Shown piece after piece: positions 1 to 9,759 of a stretch of DNA of 64,000 nt; positions within the stretch are counted from its first letter, which is position 1; every line of letters starts with the position of its first letter. Position numbers and translations under genes: made by a program. Origin of the DNA: an uncultured bacterium (GTDB lineage: Bacteria; RBG-13-61-14; DATKZS01); contig CAZYTX010000014.1 of assembly GCA_964650485.1 (NCBI GenBank), forward strand, positions 3,890 through 67,889. The letters run 5' to 3'. The notes beneath the pieces are model-generated. The model was not told the origin of the DNA. It did not search any database and saw only the letters and a list, made by a program, of their open reading frames with translations.

Positions 1-519
1 AGGAAGATACTGCGTGCACTGGTGGAAGTGGTAAAGCCCAGGAAGCCGGAGTTCGACATCCCGGTCGAGGATTTCATGCTCGATTTCCTGGACAACTTCT
101 ATGCACACTTCCCTTTCCACATGAAGATAGGGTTCCCCCTTGGGCTCTACCTCCTGGAGTACGGCACCATTGTCTTCGGCGCGGGGCTCAGGCCCTTCTC
201 CAGCATGTCCATGCCAGACAGGGAAAAGTACGTGAGCGGATGGGTCAACTCCGGCATGGCCATACGCCGCGACCTCATAAAGGGCGTGAAAGGTGTGTGC
301 CTTACCGCCTTTTACTCCCACCCCGAAGTGATGGAACACATCGGCTATCACATTGACCAGCACCTGGAAAAGGTGAACAAGGGCGAGCCCTGCGACCAAG
401 AGGCAGTGAAGTTCTTCCGCGAGATGGGCTATGACCGTAACGTCAAGGTCCCACACCCTGCATACGACAGCGTGGAGATAATCGCGCACGACACCATGCC
501 CGAAGGCTCGTCCAGCTAA
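1..519 (+). CDS. Partial small protein, 5' end probably outside the window, co-transcribed with the GMC oxidoreductase. It resembles the N-terminal non-catalytic region of long-chain alcohol oxidases.
   Basis: The frame is open from nt 1, with no stop before the listed GTG at 22. It ends 13 nt before the GMC gene on the same strand. The motif FSSMSMPDREKYVSGW...GVKGVCLTAFYS...MEHIGY recalls, from memory, the FAO N-terminal region. Confidence 0.45.
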   Translation, partial: RKILRALVEVVKPRKPEFDIPVEDFMLDFLDNFYAHFPFHMKIGFPLGLYLLEYGTIVFGAGLRPFSSMSMPDREKYVSGWVNSGMAIRRDLIKGVKGVCLTAFYSHPEVMEHIGYHIDQHLEKVNKGEPCDQEAVKFFREMGYDRNVKVPHPAYDSVEIIAHDTMPEGSSS

Positions 520-531
520 AGGAGGCTCTAA

Positions 532-2049
532 ATGATTACTATAGGCGCTGACATAAACCGCGACATCGAGGAGAGCTGTGACGTGGTGGTGGTGGGCTCC
601 GGCGCCGGTGGCGGGGCCATAGCCGCGGAGCTGGCCGAGGCCGGGGTGGAGGTGGTCATCATCGAGGAGGGCGGCTACTACACCAGCAAGGACTTCTCCA
701 CCAGCCCCAAACAGGCGGTCCCCATGCTCTACCGCGAGTCCGGGAGCTCGGTAATACTCGGCAACCCCAACATAGTGTTCTCCGAGGGAAGGTGCGTGGG
801 CGGGTCCACGGTCATAAACGGAGGCATGTGCTGGCGCACCCCCGAGAAGGTCCTGGAAAGATGGCGCTGGGAGATGGGTCTTACCGACCTCACACCAGAG
901 TACATGGAGCCCTTCTTCGAGAAGGTCGAACAGAGGATCAACGTGGCGCCCCAGAGCCCCGAGAGCCTCGGCAGAGGAGACATGCTCTTTAAGAAGGCAG
1001 CGGACAAGCTGGGATGGCTCATACACCCAAACCGCCGCAACCAGAAGGACTGCACAGGCGAGGGAGTGTGCGTGTTCGGATGCCCTACCGACAGGAAGCA
1101 GTCAGTGCTCATCACGTACATCCCCAGGGCTCTCGAAAACGGGGCCCGACTCTACACCGACGTGAAGATAAAAAAGGCCATCATGAAGGACGGCAGGGCC
1201 ATGGGCGTCACCGGCCGCGTGCTCGACCGCGAGACCGGAAAGAAAAAGCCCGCAAAGATCACGGTCAAGGCAAAGACCGTGGTCCTCGCCGGCGGGGCCC
1301 TCCAGACGCCCGTCATGCTCATGAACTCCGGCATCAGGAACAGGAACATAGGAGAGCACTTTCACTGCCACCCCAACACCAAGGTCGTCGGTATCTTCGA
1401 CGACCCGGTCTATTACTGGAAAGGAGTGCACCAGGGACACCAGATACACCAGTTCATTGACGAGGGCATCCTCATGGCCATCGGAGTGGTCCACCCCGGG
1501 CTCACCGCGCTCTCCTTTCCACAGTTCGGAAGAGACAGCCTCGAGCTCATGGAGCTGTGGAACCACATGCTGGTGGCCGGCGCCCTGGTTGACGACACCA
1601 CAACCGGACGAATCAAAAGAGCGCCATGGGGCGAGCCCATGGCATACTACAACATTGACCAGGTCGAGACCGAGAGACTCATACGATCCACAGCCCTCAT
1701 GTCCAAGCTGCTCTTCACCGCGGGCGCCAGGAAGATACTGCTGCCCTTTGCAAAGCTCCAGGAAATAACCAGCATGGACCAGATCAAAAAGATCTACCAG
1801 GCCGACATCAAGAGGTCCGAGATCGAGACACTCACAGTGCACGCCTTTGCAACATCCAGGATGTGCGCGGACCCTGAAAGAGGCGTGGTCAACCAGTGGG
1901 GTGAGTGCTGGCAGGCAGAGAACCTCTTCATCGCCGACAGCGGCGTGGTCCCGAGCTCACTTGGCGTGAACCCCCAGGAGACCATCATGGCCCTGGCCAC
2001 CCGCACCGGCCGCTACATCCTGGAAAACAGGAAGAAATACCTGGCCTGA
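532..2049 (+). CDS. GMC-family FAD-dependent oxidoreductase
   Basis: 505-aa ORF. N-terminal dinucleotide-binding motif DVVVVGSGAGGGAIAAELAEAGVEVVIIEEGG. C-terminal GMC-type segment NLFIADSGVVPSSLGVNPQETIMALA. Confidence 0.85.
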   Translation: MITIGADINRDIEESCDVVVVGSGAGGGAIAAELAEAGVEVVIIEEGGYYTSKDFSTSPKQAVPMLYRESGSSVILGNPNIVFSEGRCVGGSTVINGGMCWRTPEKVLERWRWEMGLTDLTPEYMEPFFEKVEQRINVAPQSPESLGRGDMLFKKAADKLGWLIHPNRRNQKDCTGEGVCVFGCPTDRKQSVLITYIPRALENGARLYTDVKIKKAIMKDGRAMGVTGRVLDRETGKKKPAKITVKAKTVVLAGGALQTPVMLMNSGIRNRNIGEHFHCHPNTKVVGIFDDPVYYWKGVHQGHQIHQFIDEGILMAIGVVHPGLTALSFPQFGRDSLELMELWNHMLVAGALVDDTTTGRIKRAPWGEPMAYYNIDQVETERLIRSTALMSKLLFTAGARKILLPFAKLQEITSMDQIKKIYQADIKRSEIETLTVHAFATSRMCADPERGVVNQWGECWQAENLFIADSGVVPSSLGVNPQETIMALATRTGRYILENRKKYLA

Positions 2050-2189
2050 CAGCAATTTCGCGCACCGGTCTGGCCGCAATTGGCAACCCGACCAAGCGCT
2101 GACTTTTGACGTCGGAATCCTTTTGGATCACACCTCGCGCCAAACATGGTTCTCGTCAAATTCCACGCCGTGTCGGACGATCAAATTTA

Positions 2190-5100
2190 TCAATACGGCT
2201 TCGAGTAGAACACGTCCAGGCCGCCCTGGCCCTCCTCGTCCTGGCCGGCCTCCACCGAGAACTCCTTGTCCAGCTCGTAGCGGAGCTTGAACTCCTCGGC
2301 CTGCTCCTTGCCGAAGTGGTGGTAGTAGAAAAGGTAGAGCCGCTCGTTTATGTACTTGCCGAAACCCACGCCCCTCTCCTCGGGCGACTCCCCGGCGTGC
2401 ACGAATATCGCGTCCACCGGGAAGGCCTGGCCCAGCCTGGCCGCGGCGAACTCGGCCACCAATTGCGCCCCCGCCATCTTCAGGGCCTGGTCCTGTCCCT
2501 CGGTGAGCTCGCTGGCCGGCCGGCCGAAGAGTATGACGGAGAGCACGTCCTCCTGGCTGAGCGGCGGCTCCGAGTATATCTCCAGTGTGGGCTGTGACAG
2601 GTTTCCGCCTATCTTTATGTAGGTGGTGTAGTCGGGCACCTTGTAGCTGGCGAGGATGTCGAGGTCCGGGTCAATCGCGGGAATGGCCGGGAAGGTAAAG
2701 GTTCCGCGCTCCACCTGGAAGGGCTTGTTCTGGAAGAGCACCCACCCCTTTTTTGCCTCCATCTCTCCGAAGAGGAGGAAGAAGCCTCCGGGCGGCTTCC
2801 TCATGGTGAGCTCTCCTCCCATCCTGATGTTGAGCTCGCTGTTCTTCAGGAGGGCGGAGTCCGGTATATTAATGAGAATGTCCATGTCGCTCCGGTCCAG
2901 CCAGGGCGAGGTCTGCCTGGCTCCCGTCTGCTCCTCCTGCTTGACCACGATGGTGGGGTCCTCGCTCTCCCATGCTGTCCCCTGGTATGAGAGGATCAGG
3001 GGAGGCCGGTAGACGAGGTCCTTGAAGGTGACCTCTCCATGCATCCTAGGGTAAGAAGGGTCCCCGCTGATCCTTGCGTCCGCGTCCATCACCGCCCTGG
3101 TGTCCGGGGTGTTCATGGCCTTGAATTCCCTGGCCGTGAGGATGAGGTCCATCTTGGACACGGAGTACCCCTCCAGGTCGAGCCCCCCTTTGATAGAAGC
3201 TGTCCCCTGGCCGGACTGGACCGTGATCGCGGGGACATGCACCTTGTTCCTGTCGAAGATGGCCTGACCCGTGATGCCGCTCAGCGAAAGCCCCCACTGC
3301 GGCACGTTGAAGCTCACCTTCTCGAGTTCCAGGTCCCCGTTCCACTCGGGGCTTCCCGGCGTGCCCATGATGTGGGCGAGCAGCCCGACGCTCCCTGCCG
3401 CGTCCTCCACCCATGGTACGAAGCGGTCAATAATGGACACCGACATCTTTGGCGCCGCCACCTCCAGGTCCATTTTCTCTTTTGCAAGGACAGCGATCGA
3501 AGCGGGCGAGAGCACCAGCCTCAGCGGAAAGTCGCCCTTTGCAAGCACCTCGCCCGAGACCTCTGAGTGGCCCCTCAAGCTTACGGTCAGTCGGTGCGGG
3601 ATGTAACGTACGGACGCCTCGGCACGGTCGAGCCTGGTGTCCGCGTACCTGGGCCTTTCAACGCTTATGTCGCTTCTTATCTCGGGGACTCCGGCAGAGC
3701 CTCTGGCGTAGATGCTGCCGCTCGCTATGCCCTGTATGCTCTCCCCCGGCAGCACCCGCTCCATCCAGGGGTCTATCTCGAAGTTGTAAAAAGATATGAA
3801 CGCGTCGAGCTCATCACCGAGCACGACGCCGGAGACCCCGAGCCCGGACTCCTTGTTTGAAAGCTCGATCCCGGAAACCCGCACCTTCCCCGGCAGGGAC
3901 TCGATCCTGGCCGGCCGGGCCAATTGCCAGTCCCGGTCTATGAAACGGAGGTCCATGCTAGCAAGGTCGAGCGACCAGCGCCCGTCCTCCACTCCATACT
4001 TGAGCCTGCCCTCGGAATCGAGCTGGAATGACTGCCCGGGTGAATCCGCGGCAATGGAGAAATCGAGTGCCGGGGAGAGCGGCCTGGACGGGAGCAGCCG
4101 TATGCCGGCTTCGAGGTCGAACACGGGCACTTGTAAATGCCTGTATCTTGCCGAGGGGAGCATTGTCTCTTTTGCCTCGAGGTCTATTTTTCCCGAGACC
4201 TCCTCGCCTCCTTTGCCTGTCAGGGAAAAATCAAAGCGGGACACGCCGGACCTTATGTGTGCGGATTCGAGACCTGCCATGCTCCCCGATCCCGAGGCTC
4301 GCCATTGGTACCTGTCGCCCTCGAGCGTGGCGCTTATGGAGACGCTTTCCATATCCACGGCCTCGCCCGTCAACCTGGGCACGGCATCTCTATTTGCAAG
4401 CTTTGCCGCAAGCTCGAGCCGGAAGGGCAAGGTCTTGTTAAAAGGCTGGAGCCGGCCCGAGCCCCTCATGGCAATCCCTCCGGCCCTCACATCCGCGCTT
4501 TTTATATCCAGGGTTCCATGGGAGAGGCTGTATGACAGCTCCCCTTCCAAACGGTGCAGGTCCATTATGCTGCTCCTGTTGAGAAGGAGTTCGCCGCTCC
4601 CTTGCAGTTCCTGTATCGAGTGGCCGCTTCCCTGAAACTTGAGGGCCCCTGCCAGGCCGGCCCGGGGCAGCCCCTGTTTTATCCTGGCCGGGTCCAGGTC
4701 AGCCAGGAAAGCTCTCACGAGCAGGGGTCTGGAACCTGTCACTTCTCCGCTCGCATAAACCGCCATGTCAGCGCCCTTGCCTGATGACAACATGGACCCT
4801 GCGAACCGGTTCCCCGTGAGCTCGACCTCGCCCTTCACCGGGAAAGACTTTATTCCCGGGTACGCGAATGATGAGAGATCAAAGCCGGCCATGAGGCGCT
4901 GGCCGGGAATGGAAGCGGCCCCTATGGTGTCCCCGCCGGCCTGTGAGGCTGCAATGTAGTTCATCTGAAATTCGCCGTTAAGCCCTTTCAGCTCAAACGG
5001 CCGTGAAAAGAACTCGCCCATGGAAAAGTCTTCCATGATGCCTTGCAGGACCACTTGCCTTTTCGCGTGCATGTACTTTCCGGATGCCTCCAGTTCGCCC

Positions 5101-5990
5101 GCGGAGGAGCGCACGCTAAAAAAGACATCCATCTCATCCAGCACCCCTTCCACGCTTGCCCGGCCTCTCACTGGTATGCCCAGGGGGTGCGAGGGCCAAA
5201 ACAGGGCCAGCGTGTCAGGGGCTATCTCGAATGAGTCGGCTTTTGCTTCCATCTTCCTGGATGCCGTGTGATATTTTGCGAAGTCCAGGAGCAGTGTGGA
5301 GGATGCGGTTACCATGCTCCCGGATGAGACCTTGATCTCCCAGCCCTGGCCCGTACTTGTTGCCTTTCCCGTGGCGGAGACGTGGTTGACCCCCAGCGGG
5401 GGCGACTCGATGGCGGCCCTGAAATGGGTGAGGTTAAAGTCCACCACCGGGCCATTGGTCACAAGCCGGGCCCTTGCCAGGGGGACGCGCGCGTGGATGG
5501 TCCTCTCCGGCGAGTAGGAGAGCTCGGCAGCCCCGCTTGTTAGCGATACCATGACGATCAGCCGGGGCATGTCAGAGGGCTTGTCTTTGCCCGGCCGCAA
5601 CCGCTGTTTCCTGAGGGCGCCCAGGTTCCACTGCCCGTTCCTCTTTTTCGCGTTTACAAACGCGTCCTCGATGTCTAGCTCGACTCTAGGCAACAGCCCC
5701 TTTGTTACGCTCAGGCGCCATGAAACCTCGGTCCGAGCCGCTTTTATGACCGCCTTCCCCTGCGGGTCCCGGACCTCGATGTCAAGAATGACGAACCTCT
5801 TTAAGGGGTTCCCCTCCATCCTTTGCGCCACGGCGCTGCCCTTGAGCGCCTCGTTGACCCTGGCGAGCGCAAACCCCAGTATCCTCTTGTTCAAAAGCCC
5901 TTGCCTCAGCGGCAAATACAGAGAGAACATGATCAGGGCCGCGCCCGCGGCCACGATCAGTACGATACGTATGTTTCTTTTACTTGTCAT
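2190..5990 (-). CDS. tamB: Translocation and assembly module protein TamB (DUF490 C-terminus)
   Basis: 1266-aa ORF with one N-terminal TM helix (IRIVLIVAAGAALIMFSLYL) and a long beta-rich body. The C-terminal end is DUF490-like (IKIGGNLSQPTLEIYSEPPLSQEDVLSVILFG...GKYINERLYLFYYHHF). It starts 3 nt after the stop of the upstream Omp85 gene. Confidence 0.8.
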   Translation of the reverse strand: MTSKRNIRIVLIVAAGAALIMFSLYLPLRQGLLNKRILGFALARVNEALKGSAVAQRMEGNPLKRFVILDIEVRDPQGKAVIKAARTEVSWRLSVTKGLLPRVELDIEDAFVNAKKRNGQWNLGALRKQRLRPGKDKPSDMPRLIVMVSLTSGAAELSYSPERTIHARVPLARARLVTNGPVVDFNLTHFRAAIESPPLGVNHVSATGKATSTGQGWEIKVSSGSMVTASSTLLLDFAKYHTASRKMEAKADSFEIAPDTLALFWPSHPLGIPVRGRASVEGVLDEMDVFFSVRSSAGELEASGKYMHAKRQVVLQGIMEDFSMGEFFSRPFELKGLNGEFQMNYIAASQAGGDTIGAASIPGQRLMAGFDLSSFAYPGIKSFPVKGEVELTGNRFAGSMLSSGKGADMAVYASGEVTGSRPLLVRAFLADLDPARIKQGLPRAGLAGALKFQGSGHSIQELQGSGELLLNRSSIMDLHRLEGELSYSLSHGTLDIKSADVRAGGIAMRGSGRLQPFNKTLPFRLELAAKLANRDAVPRLTGEAVDMESVSISATLEGDRYQWRASGSGSMAGLESAHIRSGVSRFDFSLTGKGGEEVSGKIDLEAKETMLPSARYRHLQVPVFDLEAGIRLLPSRPLSPALDFSIAADSPGQSFQLDSEGRLKYGVEDGRWSLDLASMDLRFIDRDWQLARPARIESLPGKVRVSGIELSNKESGLGVSGVVLGDELDAFISFYNFEIDPWMERVLPGESIQGIASGSIYARGSAGVPEIRSDISVERPRYADTRLDRAEASVRYIPHRLTVSLRGHSEVSGEVLAKGDFPLRLVLSPASIAVLAKEKMDLEVAAPKMSVSIIDRFVPWVEDAAGSVGLLAHIMGTPGSPEWNGDLELEKVSFNVPQWGLSLSGITGQAIFDRNKVHVPAITVQSGQGTASIKGGLDLEGYSVSKMDLILTAREFKAMNTPDTRAVMDADARISGDPSYPRMHGEVTFKDLVYRPPLILSYQGTAWESEDPTIVVKQEEQTGARQTSPWLDRSDMDILINIPDSALLKNSELNIRMGGELTMRKPPGGFFLLFGEMEAKKGWVLFQNKPFQVERGTFTFPAIPAIDPDLDILASYKVPDYTTYIKIGGNLSQPTLEIYSEPPLSQEDVLSVILFGRPASELTEGQDQALKMAGAQLVAEFAAARLGQAFPVDAIFVHAGESPEERGVGFGKYINERLYLFYYHHFGKEQAEEFKLRYELDKEFSVEAGQDEEGQGGLDVFYSKPY

Positions 5991-5992
5991 GA

Positions 5993-7843
5993 TCAGAAAG
6001 TGTGTCCGATATTGAAATGCACCCTTATCTTGTCGAACCTCACCTGCTTTTCAACTATGGGGAAACCCAGGTCCAGCGCCAGCGGACCGATGGGTGTGTT
6101 GTATCGTATGCCCAATCCGGCGCCGTGGGCCACTTCCTGCGAGTCGTAGTCCTCCTCCTCGGGCCATATCCAGCCCGAGTCCTCGAAAACTACCCCGCTC
6201 AGGTCCTTCCATATGGGGAACCTGAGCTCAAAGCTGCCCTCCCACAGCTTCACACCGCCGATGGGGTTGCCGTCCGGGTCCTCGGGACCGAGAGCGCGGC
6301 GCGAGTAACCCCTGACGCTCCCGGTGCCTCCGGCGTAAAAGCGCAGGAACAGGGGGAGCCTTTCCAGCTCCCCGAGCGGATCAGCCCAGCCCAGCCTCCA
6401 CTTGAGCGCGCCCACCACCGGTCCCAGTAACGGGTAGTAACCCGCGGCCTCGCCTACCCACTTTACGTAGTTGAAGTCACCTCCAGCAGCACCGCCTCCG
6501 TACTCGATCATCATGCCGGCCCAGGCGCCTTCGCGCGGGTTCAGGGCATCGTCAATATCGGACCACTCGATCCTTGCCGAGGGCGCGGAGAGCAGCCCTT
6601 CTCTTGCCAGGTCCTCCTCCTCCACCTCCAGCACGTCAATCACCCGGGATATAATGTTCGACTCCATCTTGTACGAGAGCTCGGCCCACAAGTAATCGTG
6701 GATAATAAAATGGTAGGTGGGCGATATGGAGAGGGCCTCGTGGGTGTAGGCCTCCTCGTGCTCCACACGCCTCTCGCCTGCAAGCTGGAGGAAGTCCCCG
6801 GACCTTCTCACGTCGGGCTGAACCAGCCTTATCTCCTCGCGTTCCAGCAGCCGGGACCAGCGGGCGCTCACGGACAGCTCCCTGGCCCCGCCCAGGAAGT
6901 TCACGTGCCGCCACGACCCCCGCACCCTTATGCCTTCCTCGCTGCCGTAGCCCAGGCCCACCTTCACCTCCCTCTCCTTGCCCTCCTCCACCCGGATGGT
7001 AAGCCGGATCCTGCCGCGCTCTTCGTCGGCCTCCTCTATAAACCTGACCGTGCGGTACACGGGCAGCCTGGCCACCTTGCGCTGGTTTGCCAGGACCTCG
7101 CGCTTTCTGTAGCGCTGCCCGGGCTCCAGGTCTATGGCCCTTTTCACCACGTCAGCGCCCGTCTTCTCACACCCCTCCACATGGACGCTACCCAGCCTGA
7201 AGAGATCTCCCTTGGTAACACTGTAGCTAACCGTTGCAGACATGGCCTCCAGGTCAACCACCGCCCTCCTTTCAACCTCGGCCTGGAAATAGCCCTCGTT
7301 TTTGAAATACTCCAGTATCTCTGAGGCCGAACTCTGATAGAGCTCCTTGTTAAAGGGCTCGCCCACTTCGAGCTCCACCAGGGAAGGCACCAGTTCAGGC
7401 TCCCTGCTGTGGCTTATGCCGTCCACGAACAGGACTTTTACGTGTCTTACGATCACCGGGTCGTTCTCCTGGATGCGGTATACGAGCTTCACCCCGTTCC
7501 CGTCCCTCCCGGGCAGCACTTCAGGGCCTGTAACCGAGGCTTTGAAGTAACCCTTGCTCCGAGAAAAAGTCTCCATGCGCCTCCTGTCGTCTCCGGCCCA
7601 GAAGGGGTCGTACTCTTCACCCTTCCGCGGAGTATCGCGGTAGAAGGGCGTCTCTCTTTGCCTCATGATGGAGCGCAGATCCCTGCACGGGATCTGCTTG
7701 CACCCCTCGAGCTTTATATCGTCTATGCGTACCGGGCCACTGTTTTCTTCCGCTGGCCCCTTGGCGTCCTCCCGGCCGGAAGAGGGAAGCGAAAGGCCGC
7801 TGGCGATACACAAGACAAGGGTTATGGCAGCAACTCTTTTCAT
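5993..7843 (-). CDS. tamA: Omp85-family outer membrane protein, TamA-like
   Basis: 616 aa with a signal peptide (MKRVAAITLVLCIASG) and POTRA-like repeats. The C-terminal beta-barrel ends in ...HFNIGHTF. It lies directly upstream of the tamB-like gene. Confidence 0.75.
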   Translation of the reverse strand: MKRVAAITLVLCIASGLSLPSSGREDAKGPAEENSGPVRIDDIKLEGCKQIPCRDLRSIMRQRETPFYRDTPRKGEEYDPFWAGDDRRRMETFSRSKGYFKASVTGPEVLPGRDGNGVKLVYRIQENDPVIVRHVKVLFVDGISHSREPELVPSLVELEVGEPFNKELYQSSASEILEYFKNEGYFQAEVERRAVVDLEAMSATVSYSVTKGDLFRLGSVHVEGCEKTGADVVKRAIDLEPGQRYRKREVLANQRKVARLPVYRTVRFIEEADEERGRIRLTIRVEEGKEREVKVGLGYGSEEGIRVRGSWRHVNFLGGARELSVSARWSRLLEREEIRLVQPDVRRSGDFLQLAGERRVEHEEAYTHEALSISPTYHFIIHDYLWAELSYKMESNIISRVIDVLEVEEEDLAREGLLSAPSARIEWSDIDDALNPREGAWAGMMIEYGGGAAGGDFNYVKWVGEAAGYYPLLGPVVGALKWRLGWADPLGELERLPLFLRFYAGGTGSVRGYSRRALGPEDPDGNPIGGVKLWEGSFELRFPIWKDLSGVVFEDSGWIWPEEEDYDSQEVAHGAGLGIRYNTPIGPLALDLGFPIVEKQVRFDKIRVHFNIGHTF

Positions 7844-8002
7844 GACATTGCGTTATTGTAATCACCGTTTTTGTGCGCTGACAATTCTTGCTCGATCTCG
7901 GCCGGGGAATTCCTTGAAGCGCATATGCCGTTATGATACTCTTTAGTTCCAGGCCGTTTCAGGCGCTTTTTTTATCCCGGCTGATTCTCGGGGGAGAAGA
8001 GG

Positions 8003-8290
8003 ATGAAGATAGACCGGCGGGAAGTGGAGTACGTTGCGCATCTGGCGAGGCTGGAGCTTATGCCAGATGAGGCCGAGCGTTTCACCGAGGAGCTCGACCA
8101 GATACTCGTCTACTTCGAGAAGCTGGCGGAGCTCGACACCGGGGAGATCGAGCCCACCAGGCACGCCATACCCGCGGTCAACGTCTTCAGGGAGGATGAG
8201 ACAAGGCCGTCCTACGATTCTGAAACCGCGCTCGAAAACGCGCCCGACAAGGAGGGCCCTTTCTTCAAGGTGCCAAAGATCATCGAGTAG
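8003..8290 (+). CDS. gatC: Asp-tRNA(Asn)/Glu-tRNA(Gln) amidotransferase subunit C
   Basis: 95 aa with typical GatC sequence [19 protein letters not shown]...ILVYFEKL...VNVFREDE. It is followed directly by gatA and gatB. Confidence 0.9.
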   Translation: MKIDRREVEYVAHLARLELMPDEAERFTEELDQILVYFEKLAELDTGEIEPTRHAIPAVNVFREDETRPSYDSETALENAPDKEGPFFKVPKIIE

Positions 8291-8301
8291 TGGGGACATT
8301 C

Positions 8302-9759
8302 ATGCAAGTATACGAGCTCAGCCTGGCCGAGCTGCGCGATAAAATAATCAGCAGAGAGTTAAGCTCGGTGGAAGCCGCCAAGTCTTACCTCTCCCGAATC
8401 GAGACGCTCGAACCCAGGTTAAAGTCTTACGTAACCGTGACCTCTGAGCGTGCCATGGAGAGCGCAAAGCGGGCTGACCAGGCCGTTGCCAGGGGCGAGC
8501 GCCGGCCATTGCTCGGCGTGCCCGTGGGTATAAAGGACATATTCCTCACAAAGGGTGTCGCCACCACCTGCGGCTCGAAGATTCTCCAGGACTTCGTGCC
8601 CACCTACGACTCGACTGCAGTTGCAAGGTTGGAGCAGGCCGGCGCGGTGGTGCTGGGCAAGCTCAACATGGACGAGTTCGCCATGGGCAGCTCCACCGAG
8701 AGGAGCGCATGGGGGCCCACCAGGAACCCGTGGGACCTTGAAAGGATACCGGGCGGCAGCTCCGGCGGCAGCTCCGCCGCGGTGGCGGCGCGCGAGTGCG
8801 CGGCCGCTTTGGGCACGGACACCGGGGGGTCCATACGCCAGCCGGCATCCTGCTGCGGGGTGGTGGGCATCAAGCCCACATACGGCAGGGTGAGCAGGTA
8901 CGGGGTGATAGCGTTCGCATCCAGTCTGGACCAGGTGGGGCCGATCGCCGCGAACGTGGAGGACGCGGCCATAATGCTCGGGGTCATAGCCGGCCACGAT
9001 CCCCTGGACTCGACCTCGGTGGCCGGGGAGGCCCCCGACTACCGGGCATCCCTGGGCAGGGATGTAAAGGGCATGAAGGTGGGCGTGCCCAAAGAGTACT
9101 TTGCCGCCGGCCTGGACCCGGAGGTGGACTCCTGCGTCAAGGCCGCGATAGAAGAGCTCGAATCAATGGGCGCCGAGGTCATGGAGGTAAACCTCCCCCA
9201 TGCAGACTTCTGCGTGGCCTGCTACTACGTCATCGCCCCGGCCGAGGCTTCCAGCAACCTGGCCCGCTACGACGGGGTGCGCTACGGGCTGCGGGCCGAA
9301 GAGGCAGAGGGTCTCATGGACATGTACAAGAAGACCAGGGACCAGGGGTTCGGGCCCGAGGTCAAGCGCAGGATACTGATCGGGACATATACCCTGTCTG
9401 CCGGATACTACGACGCATACTACATGAAGGCCTGCCGCGTGCGCACCCTGATAAAGCAGGACTTCGACCAGGCCTTCGAGCGCTGCGACGTGCTGGCCGC
9501 GCCCACCATGCCCACGCCGCCTTTCAGGCTGGGCGAGAAGACCGACGACCCCCTGGCAATGTACATGTCGGACGTGCTCACCCTCTCGTGCAACCTGGCC
9601 GGACTGCCGGGCATGAGCCTGCCCTGCGGGTTCACCAAGGAGGGCCTGCCGGTGGGCATGCAGCTCCTGGCAGCGAACTTCAACGAAGAGGCCATATTCA
9701 GGGTGGCGCACGCATACGAGCAGGCCACGGATTGGCACAGGAAGAAGCCGTCAATATAA
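8302..9759 (+). CDS. gatA: Glutamyl-tRNA(Gln) amidotransferase subunit A
   Basis: Amidase signature [13 protein letters not shown]...[13 protein letters not shown]. The ATG at 8302 is preceded by GGGGA. The listed GTG at 8290 is an in-frame alternative start. Confidence 0.93.
   Translation: MQVYELSLAELRDKIISRELSSVEAAKSYLSRIETLEPRLKSYVTVTSERAMESAKRADQAVARGERRPLLGVPVGIKDIFLTKGVATTCGSKILQDFVPTYDSTAVARLEQAGAVVLGKLNMDEFAMGSSTERSAWGPTRNPWDLERIPGGSSGGSSAAVAARECAAALGTDTGGSIRQPASCCGVVGIKPTYGRVSRYGVIAFASSLDQVGPIAANVEDAAIMLGVIAGHDPLDSTSVAGEAPDYRASLGRDVKGMKVGVPKEYFAAGLDPEVDSCVKAAIEELESMGAEVMEVNLPHADFCVACYYVIAPAEASSNLARYDGVRYGLRAEEAEGLMDMYKKTRDQGFGPEVKRRILIGTYTLSAGYYDAYYMKACRVRTLIKQDFDQAFERCDVLAAPTMPTPPFRLGEKTDDPLAMYMSDVLTLSCNLAGLPGMSLPCGFTKEGLPVGMQLLAANFNEEAIFRVAHAYEQATDWHRKKPSI

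Noticed and set aside
8796-9758. The 804-aa listed ORF extends the gatB frame 321 codons upstream across gatA.
   Set aside because: The extension translates to an Arg/Gly/Pro-rich low-complexity sequence typical of off-frame GC-rich DNA. GatB homology starts at the ATG at 9759, exactly at the gatA stop (TAATG).
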